Shown: one piece after another, positions 31,469 to 45,900 of the stretch
How positions within the stretch are numbered: the stretch's first letter is position 1
Layout: each line of letters opens with the position of its first letter
DNA from: the human T2T-CHM13v2.0 reference genome, Homo sapiens
Reading direction: 5' to 3' (one strand)
Assembly (NCBI RefSeq): GCF_009914755.1
Contig: NC_060937.1
DNA: 64,000 nucleotides
Program-made: the position numbers and the translations under genes
Notes under the pieces: generated by a model
The model's database searches: none
What the model saw: the letters and a program-made list of their open reading frames with translations, nothing else
Told to the model about the DNA's origin: nothing

Positions 31469-31846
31469 ACATAAAATATGAAATTACATCAAATATATTT
31501 TATATTAGGTACATAAAATATGAAAGTACATCAAATATAGATTATATACTGTACATAAAATATCAATGTACCCCAAATATATATTTTATACTCTACATGA
31601 AATATCAAAGTTCAGAAACCATATCTTATATACTGTACATAAAATATCAAAGTACCCAAGGTATATATTCTATACTGTACAAAAAATATCAAAGTACCCA
31701 AAGCATGTATTATATACTGTACATAAAATATGAAAGTACATCAAATATATATTTTATTCTGTACATAAAATATCAAAGTACACCAGATATATATTCTATA
31801 GTGTACATAAAATATCAACGTACCCAAACTATTTATTATATACTGT
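31469..31846 (+). repeat. Example full-length 378-bp (9 x 42) unit
   Basis: Nine distinguishable monomers (translated tags EITS, ESTSNID, xTPN, SSxT, STQG, STQS, ESTSNIYF, STPD, xTQT) with no indel; the next monomer 1 starts at 31847. Confidence 0.93.
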
Positions 31847-33419
31847 ACATAAAATATGAAATTACATCAAATATATATTATATTAGGTACATAAAATATG
31901 AAAGTACATCAAATATAGATTATATGCTGTACATTAAATACCAAAGTACCCCAAATATATATTTTATACTGTACATGAAATATCAAAGTTCACAAACTAT
32001 ATATTATATACTGTACATGAAATATCAAAGTACCCAAGGTATATATTCTATACTGTACCAAAAATATCAAAGTACCCAAAGCACGTATTATATACTGTAC
32101 ATAAAATATGAAAGTACATCAAATATATATTTTATTCTGTACATAAAATATCAAAGTACACCAGATATATATTCTATAGTGTACATAAAATATCAAAGTA
32201 CCCAAACTATACATTATATACTGTAAATAAAATATGAAATTACGTCAAATATATTTTATATTAGGTACATAAAATATGAAAGTACATCAAATATATATTT
32301 TATTCTGTACATAAAATATCAAAGTACACCAGATATATATTCTATAGTGTACATAAAATATCAAAGTACCAAACTTTACATTATATACTGTACATAAAAT
32401 ATGAAATTACATCAAATATATTTTATATTAGGTACATAAAATATGAAAGTACATCAAATATAGATTATATACTGCACATTAAATACCAAAGTACCCCAAA
32501 TATATATTTTATACTGTACATGAAACATCAAAGTTCACAAACTATATATTATATACTGTACATATAATATCAAAGTACCCAAGCTATATATTCAATACTG
32601 TACAAAAAATAACAAAGTACCAAAAGCATGTATTATATACTGTACCTAAAATATGAAAGTACATCAAATATATATTTTATTCTGTACATAAAATATCAAA
32701 GTACACCAGATATATGTTCTATAATGTACATAAAATATCAAAGTACCCAAACTATTCATTATATACTGTACATAAAATATGAAATTACATCAAATATATT
32801 TTATATTAGGTACATAAAATATGAAAGTACATCAAATATAGATTATATACTGTACATTAAATACCAAAGTACCCCAAATATATATTTTATACTCTATATG
32901 AAATATCAAAGTTCACAAACTATATATTATATACTGTACATATAATATCAAAGTACCCAAGGTATATATTCTATACTGTAAAAAAATAACAAAGTACCAA
33001 AAGCATGTATTATATACTGTACCTAAAATATGAAAGTACATCAAATATATATTTTATTCTGTACATAAAATATCAAAGTACACCAGATATATATTCTATA
33101 GTGTACATAAAATATCAAAGTACCCAAACTATACATTATATACTGTACATACAATATGAAATTACATCAAATATATATTATATTAGGTACATAAAATATG
33201 AAAGTACATGAAATATAGATTATATACTGTACATAAAATATCAAGGTACCCCAAATATATATTATATACTCTACATGAAATATCAAAGTTCAGAAACTAT
33301 ATATTATATACTGTACATAAAATATCAAAGTACCCAAGGTATATATTCTATACTGTACAAAAAATAACAAAGTACCAAAAGCATGTATAATATACTGTAC
33401 GTAAAATATGAAAGTACAT

Positions 33420-36400
33420 CAAATATTTATTTGATTCTGTACATAAAATAACAAAGTACACCAGATATATATTTTATAGTGAACATATAATATCAAAGTA
33501 CCCAAACTATACATTACATACTGTACATAAAATATGAAATTACATCAAATATATATTATATTAGGTATATAAAATATGAAAGTACATAAAATATAGACGA
33601 TATACTGTACATAAAATATCAAAGTAGCCCAAATATATATTATACAGTGTACATTAAATATCAAAATTTACAAAATATATATTATATAATGTACATAAAA
33701 TATCAAAGTACCCAAAGCAAGTATTTTTTACTGTACATAAAAATGAAAGTACATCAAATATATATTTTATTCTGTACATAAAATATCAAAGTACACCACA
33801 TATATATTTTATAGTGTACATAATATATCAAGGTCCCCAAACTATACATTATATACTGTACATAAAATATGAAATTACATCAAATATATATTATATTAGG
33901 TACGTAAAATATGAAAGTACATCAAATATAGATTATATACTGTACATAAAATATAAAAGAACCCCAAATATATATTATATACTGTACATGAAATATCAAA
34001 ATACACAAACTATATATTATATACTGTACATAAAATATCAAAGTACCCAAGGTATGTATTCTATACTGTACAAAAAATATCAAAGTACCCAAGCATGTAT
34101 TATATACTGTACATAAAATATGAAAGTACATCAAATATATATTTGATTCTGTACATAAAATAACAAAGTACACCCAATATATATTTTATAGTGTACATAA
34201 AATATCAAAGTACCCAAACTATACATTACATACTGTACATAAAATATGAAATTACATCAAATATATATTATATTAGGAACATAAAATATGAAAGTACATC
34301 AAATATAGATTATTAACTATACATAAAATATCAAAGAACCCCAAATATATATTATATACTGTACATGAGATATCAAACTTCACAATCTATATATTATATA
34401 CTGTACATAAAATATCAAAGCACCCAAGGTATATATTCTATACTGTACAAAAAATATCAAAGTACCCAAAGCATGTATTATATACTGTACATAAAAGATG
34501 AAAGTACATCAAATATATATTTTATTCTGTACATAAAATATCAAAGTACACCAGATATATATTTTATAGTGTACATAAAATATCAAAGTACCCAAACTAT
34601 ACATTATATACTGTACATAAAATATGAAATTACATCAAATATATATTATATTAGGTACATAAAATATGAAAGTACATCAAATATAGATTATATACTGTAC
34701 ATAAAATATAAAAGTACCCCAAATATATATTATATACTGTACAAGAAATATCAAAATACACAAACTATATATTATATACTGTAGAAAAAATATCAAATTA
34801 GCCAAAGCAAGTATTATTTACTGTACATAAAAATGAATGTACATCAAATATATATTTTATTCTGTACATAAAATATCAAAGTACACCAGATATATAATTT
34901 ATAGTGTACATAAAACATCAAAGTACACAAACTATACATTATATACTGTACATAAAATATGAAATTACATCAAATATGTATTATATTGGGTACATAAAAT
35001 AGGAAAGTACATCAAATATAAATTATTAATTGTACATAAAATATCAAAGAACCCCATATATATATTATATACTGTACATGAAATATCAAAGTTCACAAAC
35101 TATATATTATATACTGTACATAAAATATCAAGGTACCCAAGATATATATTCTATACTGTACAAAAAATATCAAAGTACCCAAAGCATGTATTATATACTG
35201 TACATAAAATATGAAAGTACATCAAATATATATTTGATTCTGTACATAAAATAACAAAGTACACCAGATATATATTTTATAGTGAACATATAATATCAAA
35301 GTACCCAAACTATACATTACATACTGTACATAAAATATGAAATTACATCAAATATATATTATATTAGGAACATAAAATATGAAAGTACATCAAATATAGA
35401 TTATTAACTGTACGTAAAATATCAAAGAACCCCAAATATATATTATATGCTGTACATGAGATATCAAACTTCACAAACTATATATTATATAATGTACATA
35501 AAATATCAAAGTACCCAAGGTATATATTCTATACTGTACAAAAAATATCAAAGTACCCAAAGCATGTATTATATACTGTACATAAAATATGAAAGTACAT
35601 CAAATATATATTTCATTCTGTACATAAAATATCAAAGTACACCAGATATATATTTTATAGTGTACATAAAATATCAAAATACCCAAAATATACATTATAA
35701 ACTGTACATATAATATGAAATTACATCTAATATATATTATATTATTTACCTAAAATATGAAAGTACATCAAATATAGATTATTAACTGTACATAAAATAT
35801 CAAAGAACCCCAAATATATATTATATACTGTACATGAAATATCAAAGTTCACAAACTATATATTATATACTGTAGATAAAATATCAAAGTACCCAAGGTA
35901 TATATTCTATACTGTACAAAAAATATCAAAGTACCCAAAGCATGTATCATATACTGTACATAAAATATGAAAGTACATGAAATATATATATTATTCTGTA
36001 CATAAAATATCAAAGTACACCAGATATATATTTTATAGTGTACATAAAATATCAAATTACCAAAACTATACATTATATACTGTACATAAAATATGAAAGT
36101 ACATCAAATATATATTATATTAGTTACCTAAAATATGAAAGTACATCAAATATAGATTATTAACTGTACATAAAATATCAAAGTACCCCAAATATATATT
36201 ATATACTGTACATGAAATATCAAAGTTCCCAAACTATATATTATATACTGTACATAAAATATCAAATTACACAAGGTATATATTCTATACTGTACAAAAA
36301 ATACCAAAGTACCCAAAGCATGTATTATATACTGTACATAAAATATGAAAGTACATCAAATATATATTTTATTCTCTACATAAAATATCAAAGTACACCA

Positions 36401-38395
36401 GATATATATTTTATAGTGTACATAAAATATCAAAGTACCCAAACTATACATTATGTACTGTACATAAAATATGAAATTGCATCAAATATATATTATATTA
36501 GTTACCTAAAATATGAAAGTACATCAAATATAGATTATATACTGTACAGAAAATATCAAAGTACCCCAAATATATATTATATACTGTACATGAAATATCA
36601 AAGTTCACAAACTATATATTATATACTGTACATAAAATATCAAAGTACCCAAGGTATATATTCTATACTGTACAAAAAATATCAAAGTACCCAAAGCATG
36701 TATTATATACTGTACATAAAATATGAAAGTACATCAAATATATATTTCATTCTGTACATAAAATAACAAAGTACACCCGATATATATTTTATAGTGTACA
36801 TAAAATATCAAAGTACCCAAACTATACATTACATACTGTACATAAAATATGAAATTACATCAAATATATATTATATTAGGAACATAAAATATGAAAGTAC
36901 ATCAAATATAGATTATTAACTGTACATAAAATATCAAAGAACCCCAAATATATATTATATACTGTACATGAGATATCAAACTTCACAAACTATATATTAT
37001 ATACTGTACATAAAATATCAAAGTACCCAAGGTATATATTCTATACTGTACAAAAAATATCAAAGTACCCAAAGCATGTATTATATACTATACATAAAAT
37101 ATGAAAGTATATCAAATATATATTTTATTCTGTATATAAAATATCAAAGTACACCAGATATATATTTTATAGTGTACATAAAATATCAAAGTACCCAAAC
37201 TATACATTATATACTGTACATAAAATATGAAATTACATCAAATATATATTATATTAGGTACATAAAATATGGAAGTACATAAAATATAGATGATATACTG
37301 TACATAAAATATCAAAGTAGCCTAAATATATATTATACAGTGTACATGAAATATCAAAATTTATAAAATATATATTACATAATGTACATAAAATATCAAA
37401 ATACCCAAAGCAAGTATTATATACTGTACATAAAAGATGAAAGTACATCAAATATATATTTTATTCTGTACATAAAATATCAAAGTACACCAGATATATA
37501 TTTTATAGTGAACATAAAATATCAAGGTACCCAAACTATACATTATATACTGTACATAAAATATGAAATTACATCAAATATATATTATATTAGGTACGTA
37601 AAATATGAAAGTACATCAAATATAGATTATATACTGTACATAAAATATAAGAGAACCCCAAATATATATTATATACTGTATATGAAATATCAAAATACAC
37701 AAACTATATATTATATACTGTACATAAAATATCAAAGTACCCAAGGTATATATTCTATACGGTACAAAAAATATCAAAGTACCCAAAGCATGTATTATAT
37801 ACTGTACATAAAATATGAAAGTACATCAAATATATATTTGATTCTGTACATAAAATAACAAAGTACACCAGATATATATTTTATAGTGTACATAAAATAT
37901 CAAAGTACCCAAACTATACATTACACACTGTACATAAAATATGAAATTACATCAAATATATATTATATTAGTTACCTAAAATATGAAAGTACATCAAATA
38001 TAGATTATTAACTGTATATAAAATATCAAAGAACCCCAAATATATATTATATACGGTACATGAAATATCAAACTTCACAAACTATATATTATATAAGGTA
38101 CATAAAATATCAAAGTACCGAAGGTATATATTCTATACTGTACAAAAAATATCACAGTACCCAAAGCATGTATCATATACTGTACATAAAATATGAAAGT
38201 ACATCAAATATATATATTATTCTGTACATAAAATATCAAAGTACACCAGATATATATTTTATAGTGTACATAAAATATCAAAGTACCCAAACTATACATT
38301 ATATACTGTACATAAAATATGAAAGTACATCAAATATATATTATATTAGTTACCTAAAATATGAAAGTACATCAAATATAGATTATTAACTGTAC
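33420..38395 (+). repeat. HSat1A sequence-subfamily 'B' domain 1
   Basis: Cluster of diagnostic variants essentially absent from 1-33 kb: TTTTATAGTG (monomer 8), GATTATTAAC (monomer 2), TAGGAACAT or TAGTTACCT (monomer 1/2 junction), AAAGAACCCC (monomer 3), ATGAGATATCAAACTTC (monomer 4). No 5-bp-deleted monomer 1. Confidence 0.85.
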
Positions 38396-41300
38396 ATAAA
38401 ATATCAAAGTACCCCAAATATATATTATATACTGTACATGAAATATCAAAGTTCACAAACTATATATTATATACTGTACATAAAATATCAAAGTACCCAA
38501 GGTATATATTCTATACTGTACAAAAAATATCTAAGTACCCAAAGCATGTATCATATACTGTACATAAAATATGAAAGTACATCAAATATATATATTATTC
38601 TGTACATGAAATATCAAAGTACACCAGATATATATTCTATAGTGTTGATAAAATAACAAAGTACACAAACTATAAATTATATACTGTACATAAAATATGA
38701 AATTACATCAAATATATATTAGGTACATAAAATGTGAAAGTACATTAAATATAGATTATATACTGTACATATAATATCAATGTACCCCAAATATATATTT
38801 TATACTCTACATGTAATATCAAAGTTCACAAACCATACATTATATACTGTACATAATATATCAAAGTACCCAAGGTATATATTCTATACTGTACAAAAAA
38901 TATCAAAGTACCCAAAACATGTATTATATACTGTACATAAAATATGAAAGTACATCAAATATATATTTTATTCTGTACATAAAATATCAAAGTACACCAG
39001 ATATATATTCTATAGTGTACATAAAATATCAAAGTACCCAAACTATACATTATATACTATACATAAAATATGAAATTACATCAAATATATATTATATTAG
39101 GTACATAAAATATGAAAGCACATCAAATATAGATTATATACTGTACATTAAATACCAAAGTACCCCAAATATATATTTTATACTGTACATGAAATATCAA
39201 AGTTCACAAACTATATATTATATACTGTACATAAAATATCAAAGTACCCAAGGTATATATTCTATACTGTACAAAAAATATCAAAGTACCCAAATCATGT
39301 ATTATAAACTGTACATAAAATATGAAAGTACATCAAATATATATTTTATTCTGTACATAATATATCAAAGTACACCAGATATATATTCTATAGTGTACAT
39401 AAAATAACAAAGTACACAAACTATAAATTATATACTGTACATAAAATATGAAATTACATCAAATATATATTACGTACATAAAATATGAAAGTACATCTAA
39501 TATAGATTATATACTGTACATAAAATATCAATGTACCCCAAATATATATTTTATACTCTACATGAAATATCAAAGTTCAGAAACCATATATTGTATACTG
39601 TACATAAAATATCAAAATACCCAAAGTATATATTCTATACTGTACAAAAAATATCAAAATACCCAAAGCATGTATTATATACTGTACATAAAATATGAAA
39701 GTACATCAAATATATATTTTATTCTGTACATAAAATATCAAAGTACACCAGATATATATTCTATAGTGTACATAAAATATCAAAGTACCCAAACTATACA
39801 TTATATACAGTACATAAATTATGAAATTACATCAAATATATATTATATTAGGTACATAAAATATGAAAGTACATCAAATATAGATTATATACTGTACATT
39901 AAATACCAAAGTACCCCAAATATATATTTTATACTCTACATGAAATATCAAAGTTCACAAACCATATATTATATACTGTACATAAAATATCAAAGTACCC
40001 AAGGTATATATTCTATACTGTACAAAAAATATCAAAGTATCCAAAGCATGTATTATATACTGTACATAAAATATGAAAGTACATCAAATATATATTTTCT
40101 TCTGTACAAAAAATATCAAAGTACACCAGACATATATTCTATAGTGTACATAAAATATCAAAGTACCCAAACTATACATTATATACTGTACATAAAATAT
40201 GAAATTACATCAAATATATTTTATATTAGGTACATAAAATATGAAAGTACATCAAATATAGATTATATACGGTACATTAAATACCAAAGTACCCCAAATA
40301 TATATTTTATACTGTACATGAAATATCAAAGTTCACAAACTATATATTATATACTGTACATATAATATCAAAGTACCTGAGGTATATATTCTATACTGTA
40401 CAAAAAATATCAAAGTACCAAAAGCATGTATTATATACTGTACCTAAAATATGAAAGTACATCAAATATATATTTTATTCTGTACATAAAATATCAAAGT
40501 ACACCAGATATATATTCTATAGTGTACATAAAATATCAACGTACCCAAACTATACATTATATACTGTACATAAAATATGAAATTACATCAAATATATATT
40601 AGGTACATAAAATATGAAAGTACATCAAATATAGATTATATACTGTACATAAAATATCAAAGTACCCCAAACATATATTATATACTGTACATGAAATATC
40701 AAAGTTCACAAACTATATATTATATACTGTACATAAAATATCAAAGTACCCAAGGTATATATTCTATACTGTACAAAAGATATCAAAGTACCCAAAGCAT
40801 GTATTATATACTGTACAGAAAATATGAAAGTACATCAAATATATATTTTATTCTGTACATAAAATATCAAAGTACACCAGATATATATTCTATAGTGTAC
40901 ATAAAATATCAAAGTACCCAAACTATTTATTATATACTGTACATAAAATATGAAATTACATCAAATATATATTATATTAGGTACATAAAATATGAAAGTA
41001 CATCACATATATAGATTATATGCTGTACATTAAATACCAAAGTACCCCAAATATATATTTTATACTCTACATGAAATATCAAAGTTCACAACCATACATT
41101 ATATACTGTACATAAAATATCAAAGTACCCAAGGTATATATTCTATACTGTACAAAAAATATCAAACTACCCAAAGCATGTATTATATACTGTACATTAA
41201 ATATGAAAGTACATCAAATATATATTTTATTCTGTACATATAATATCAAAGTACACCAGATATATATTCTATAGTGTACATAAAATATCAAAGTACCCAA

Positions 41301-42939
41301 ACTATACATTATATACTGTACATAAAATATGAAATTACATCAAATATATATTAGGTACATAAAATATGAAAGTACATCAAATATAGATTATATACTGTAC
41401 ATAAAATATCAAAGTACCCCAAATATATATTATATACTGTACATGAAATATCAAAGTTCACAAACTATATATTATATACTGTACATAAAATATCAAAGTA
41501 CTCAAGGTATATATTCTATAATGTACAAAAAATAACAAAGTACTAAAAGCATGTATTATATACTGTACCTAAAATATGAAAGTACATCAAATATATATTT
41601 TATTCTGTACATAAAATATCAAAGTACACCAGATATATATTCTATAGTGTACATAAAATATCAAAGTACCCAAACTATACATTATATACTGTACATAAAA
41701 TATGAAATTACATCAAATATATACTAGGTACATAAAATATGAAAGGACATCAAATATAGATTATATACTGTACATAAAATATCAAAGTACCCCAAATATA
41801 TATTATATACTGTATATGAAATATCAAAGTTCACAAACTATATATTATATACTGTACATAAAATATCAAAGTACCCAAGGTATATATTCTATACTGTACA
41901 AAAAATATCAAAGTACCCAAAGCACGTATTATATACTGTACATAAAATATGAAAGTACATCAAATATATATTTTATTCTGTACATAAAATATCAAAGTAC
42001 ACCAGATATATATTCTATAGTGTACATAAAATAACAAAGTACACAAACTATAAATTATATACTGTACATAAAATATGAAATTACATCAAATATACATTAG
42101 GTACATAAAATATGAAAGTACATCAAATATAGATTATATACTGTACATAAAATATCAATGTACCCCAAATATATATTTTATACTCTACATGAAATATCAA
42201 AGTTCACAAACTATATATTATATACTGTACATAAAATATCAAAGTACCCAAGGTATATATTCTATACTGTACAAAAAATATCAAAGTACCCAAAGCATGT
42301 ATTATATACTGTACATAAAATATGAAAGTACATCAAATATATATTTTATTCTGTACATAAAATATCAAAGTACACCAGATATATATTCTATAGTGTACAT
42401 AAAATATCAAAGTACCCAAACTATACATTATATACTGTACATAAAATATGAAATTACATCAAATATATATTATATTAGGTACATAAAATATGAAAGTACA
42501 TCAAATATAGATTATATACTGTACATTAAAAACCAAAGTACCCCAAATATATATTTTATACTGTACATGAAATATCAAAGTTCACAAACTATATATTATA
42601 TACTGTACATAAAATATCAAAGTACCCAAGGTATATATTCTATACTGTACAAAAAATATCAAAGTACCAAAAGCATGTATTATATACTGTACCTAAAATA
42701 TGAAAGTACATCAAATATATATTTTATTCTGTACATAAAATATCAAAGTACACCAGATATATATTCTATAGTGTACATAAAATATGAAAGTACCCAAACT
42801 ATACATTATATACTGTACATAAAATATGAAATTACATCAAATATATATTATATTAGGTACATAAAATATGAAAGTACATCAAATATAGATTATATACTGT
42901 ACATAAAATATCAAAGTACCCCAAATATATATTATATAC

Positions 42940-45900
42940 TGTACATGAGATATCAAACTTCACAAACTATATATTATATACTGTACATAAAATATCAAAG
43001 TACCCAAGGTATATATTCTATACTGTACAAAAAAATCAAAGTACCCAAAGCATGTATTTTATACTATACATAAAATATGAAAGTACATCAAATATATATT
43101 TTATTCTGTACATAAAATATCAAAGTACACCAGATATATATTTTATAGTGTACATAAAATATCAAAGTACCCAAACTATACATTATATACTGTACATAAA
43201 ATATGAAATTACATCAAATATATACTATATTAGGTACATAAAATATGGAAGTACATAAAATATAGATGATATACTGTACATAAAATATCAAAGTAGCCTA
43301 AATATATATTATACAGTGTACATGAAATATCAAAATTTATAAAATATATATTACATAATGTACATAAAATATCAAAGTACCCAAAGCAAGTATTATATAC
43401 TGTACGTAAAAGATGATAGTACATCAAATATATATTTTATTCTGTACATAAAATATCAAAGTACACCAGATATACATTTTATAGTGTACATAAAATATCA
43501 AGGTACCCAAACTATACATTATATACTGTACATAAGATATGAAATTACATCAAATATATATTATATTAGGTAAGTAAAATATGAAAGTACATCAACTATA
43601 GATTATATACTGTACATAAAATATCAAAGAACCCCAAATATATATTATAAACTGTACATGAGATATCAAACTTCACAAACTATATATTATATAATGTACA
43701 TAAAATATCAAAGTACCCAACGTATATATTCTATACTGTACAAAAAATATCAAAGTACCGAAAACATGCATTATATACTGTACATAAAATATGAAAGTAC
43801 ATCAAATATATATTTTATTCTGTACATAAAATAACAAAGTACACCAGATATATATTTTATAGTGTACATAAAATATCAAAGTACCCAAACTATACATTAC
43901 ATACTGTACATAAAATATGAAATTACATCAAATATATATTATATTAGGAACATAAAATATGAAAGTACATCAAATATAGATTATTAACTGTACATAAAAT
44001 ATCAAAGTACCCCAAATATGTATTATATACTGTACATGAAATATCAAAGTTCACAAACTATATATTATATACTGTAGATAAAATATCAAAGTACCCAAAG
44101 TATACATTCTATACTGTACAAAAAATATCAAAGTACCCAAAGCATGTATTATATACTGTACATAAAATATGAAAGTACATCAAATATATATTTTATTCTG
44201 TACATAAAATATCAAAGTACACCAGATATATATTTTATAGTGTACATAAAATATCAAAATACCCAAAGTATACATTATAAACTGTACATAAAATATGAAA
44301 TTACATCAAATATATATTATATTAGTTACCTAAAATATGAAAGTACATCAAATATAGATTATTAACTCTACATAAAATATCAAAGAACCCCAAATATATA
44401 TTATATACTGTACATGAAATATCAAAGTTCACAAACTATATATTATATACTCTACATAAAATATCAAGGTACCCAAGGTATATATTCTACACTGTACAAA
44501 AAATATCAAAGTACCCAAAGCATGTATTATATACTGTACATAAAATATGAGAGTACATCAAATATATATTTTATTCTGTAAATAAAATATCAAAGTACAC
44601 CAGATATATATTTTATAGTGTACATAAAATATCAAAGTACCGAAACTATACATTATATACTGTACATAAAATATGAAATTACATCAAATATATATTATAT
44701 TAGGTACATAAAATATGAAAGTACATAAAATATAGATGATATACTGTACATAAAATATCAAAGTAGCCCAAATATATATTAAACAGTGTCCATGAAATAT
44801 CAAAATTTACAAAATATATATTATATAATGTACATAAAATATCAAATTACCCAAAGCAAGTATTATATACTGTACGTAAAAGATGAAAGTACATCAAATA
44901 TATATTTTAGTCTGTACATAAAATATCAAAGTACACCAGATATATATTTTATAGTGTACATAAAATATCAAGGTACCCAAACTATACATTATATACTATA
45001 CATAAAATATGAAGTTACATCAAATATATATTATATTAGTTACCTAAAATATGAAAGTACATCAAATATAGATTATGTACTGTACAGAAAATATCAAAGT
45101 AGCCCAAATATATATTATACACTGTACATGAAATATCAAAGTTCACAAACTATATATTATATACTGTACATAAAATATCAAAGGACCCAAACTATACATT
45201 ACATACTGTACATAAAATATGAAATTACATCAAATATATATTATATTAGGAACATAAAATATGAAAGTACATCAAATATAGATTATTAACTATACATAAA
45301 ATATCAAAGAACCCCAAATATATATTATATACTGTACATGAGATATCAAACTTCACAATCTATATATTATATACTGTACATAAAATATCAAAGTACCCAA
45401 GGTATATATTCTATATTGTACAAAAAATATCAAAGTACCCAAAGCATGTATTATATACTGTACATAAAAGATGAAAGTACATCAAATATATATTTTATTC
45501 TGTACATAAAATATCAAAATACACCAGATATATATTTTATAGTGTACATAAAATATCAAAGTACCCAAACTATACATTATATACTGTACATAAAATATGA
45601 AATTACATCAAATATATATTATATTAGGTACATAAAATATGAAAGTTCATCAAATATAGATTATATACTGTACATAAAATATAAAAGTACCCCAAATATA
45701 TATTATATACTGTACAAGAAATATCAAAATACACAAACTCTATATTATATACTGTAGAAAAAATATCAAAGTACCCAAAGCAAGTATTATTTGCTGTACA
45801 TAAAAATGAAAGTACATCAAATATATATTTTATTCTGTACATAAAATATCAAAGTACACCAGATATATAATTTATAGTGTACATAAAACATCAAGGTACA

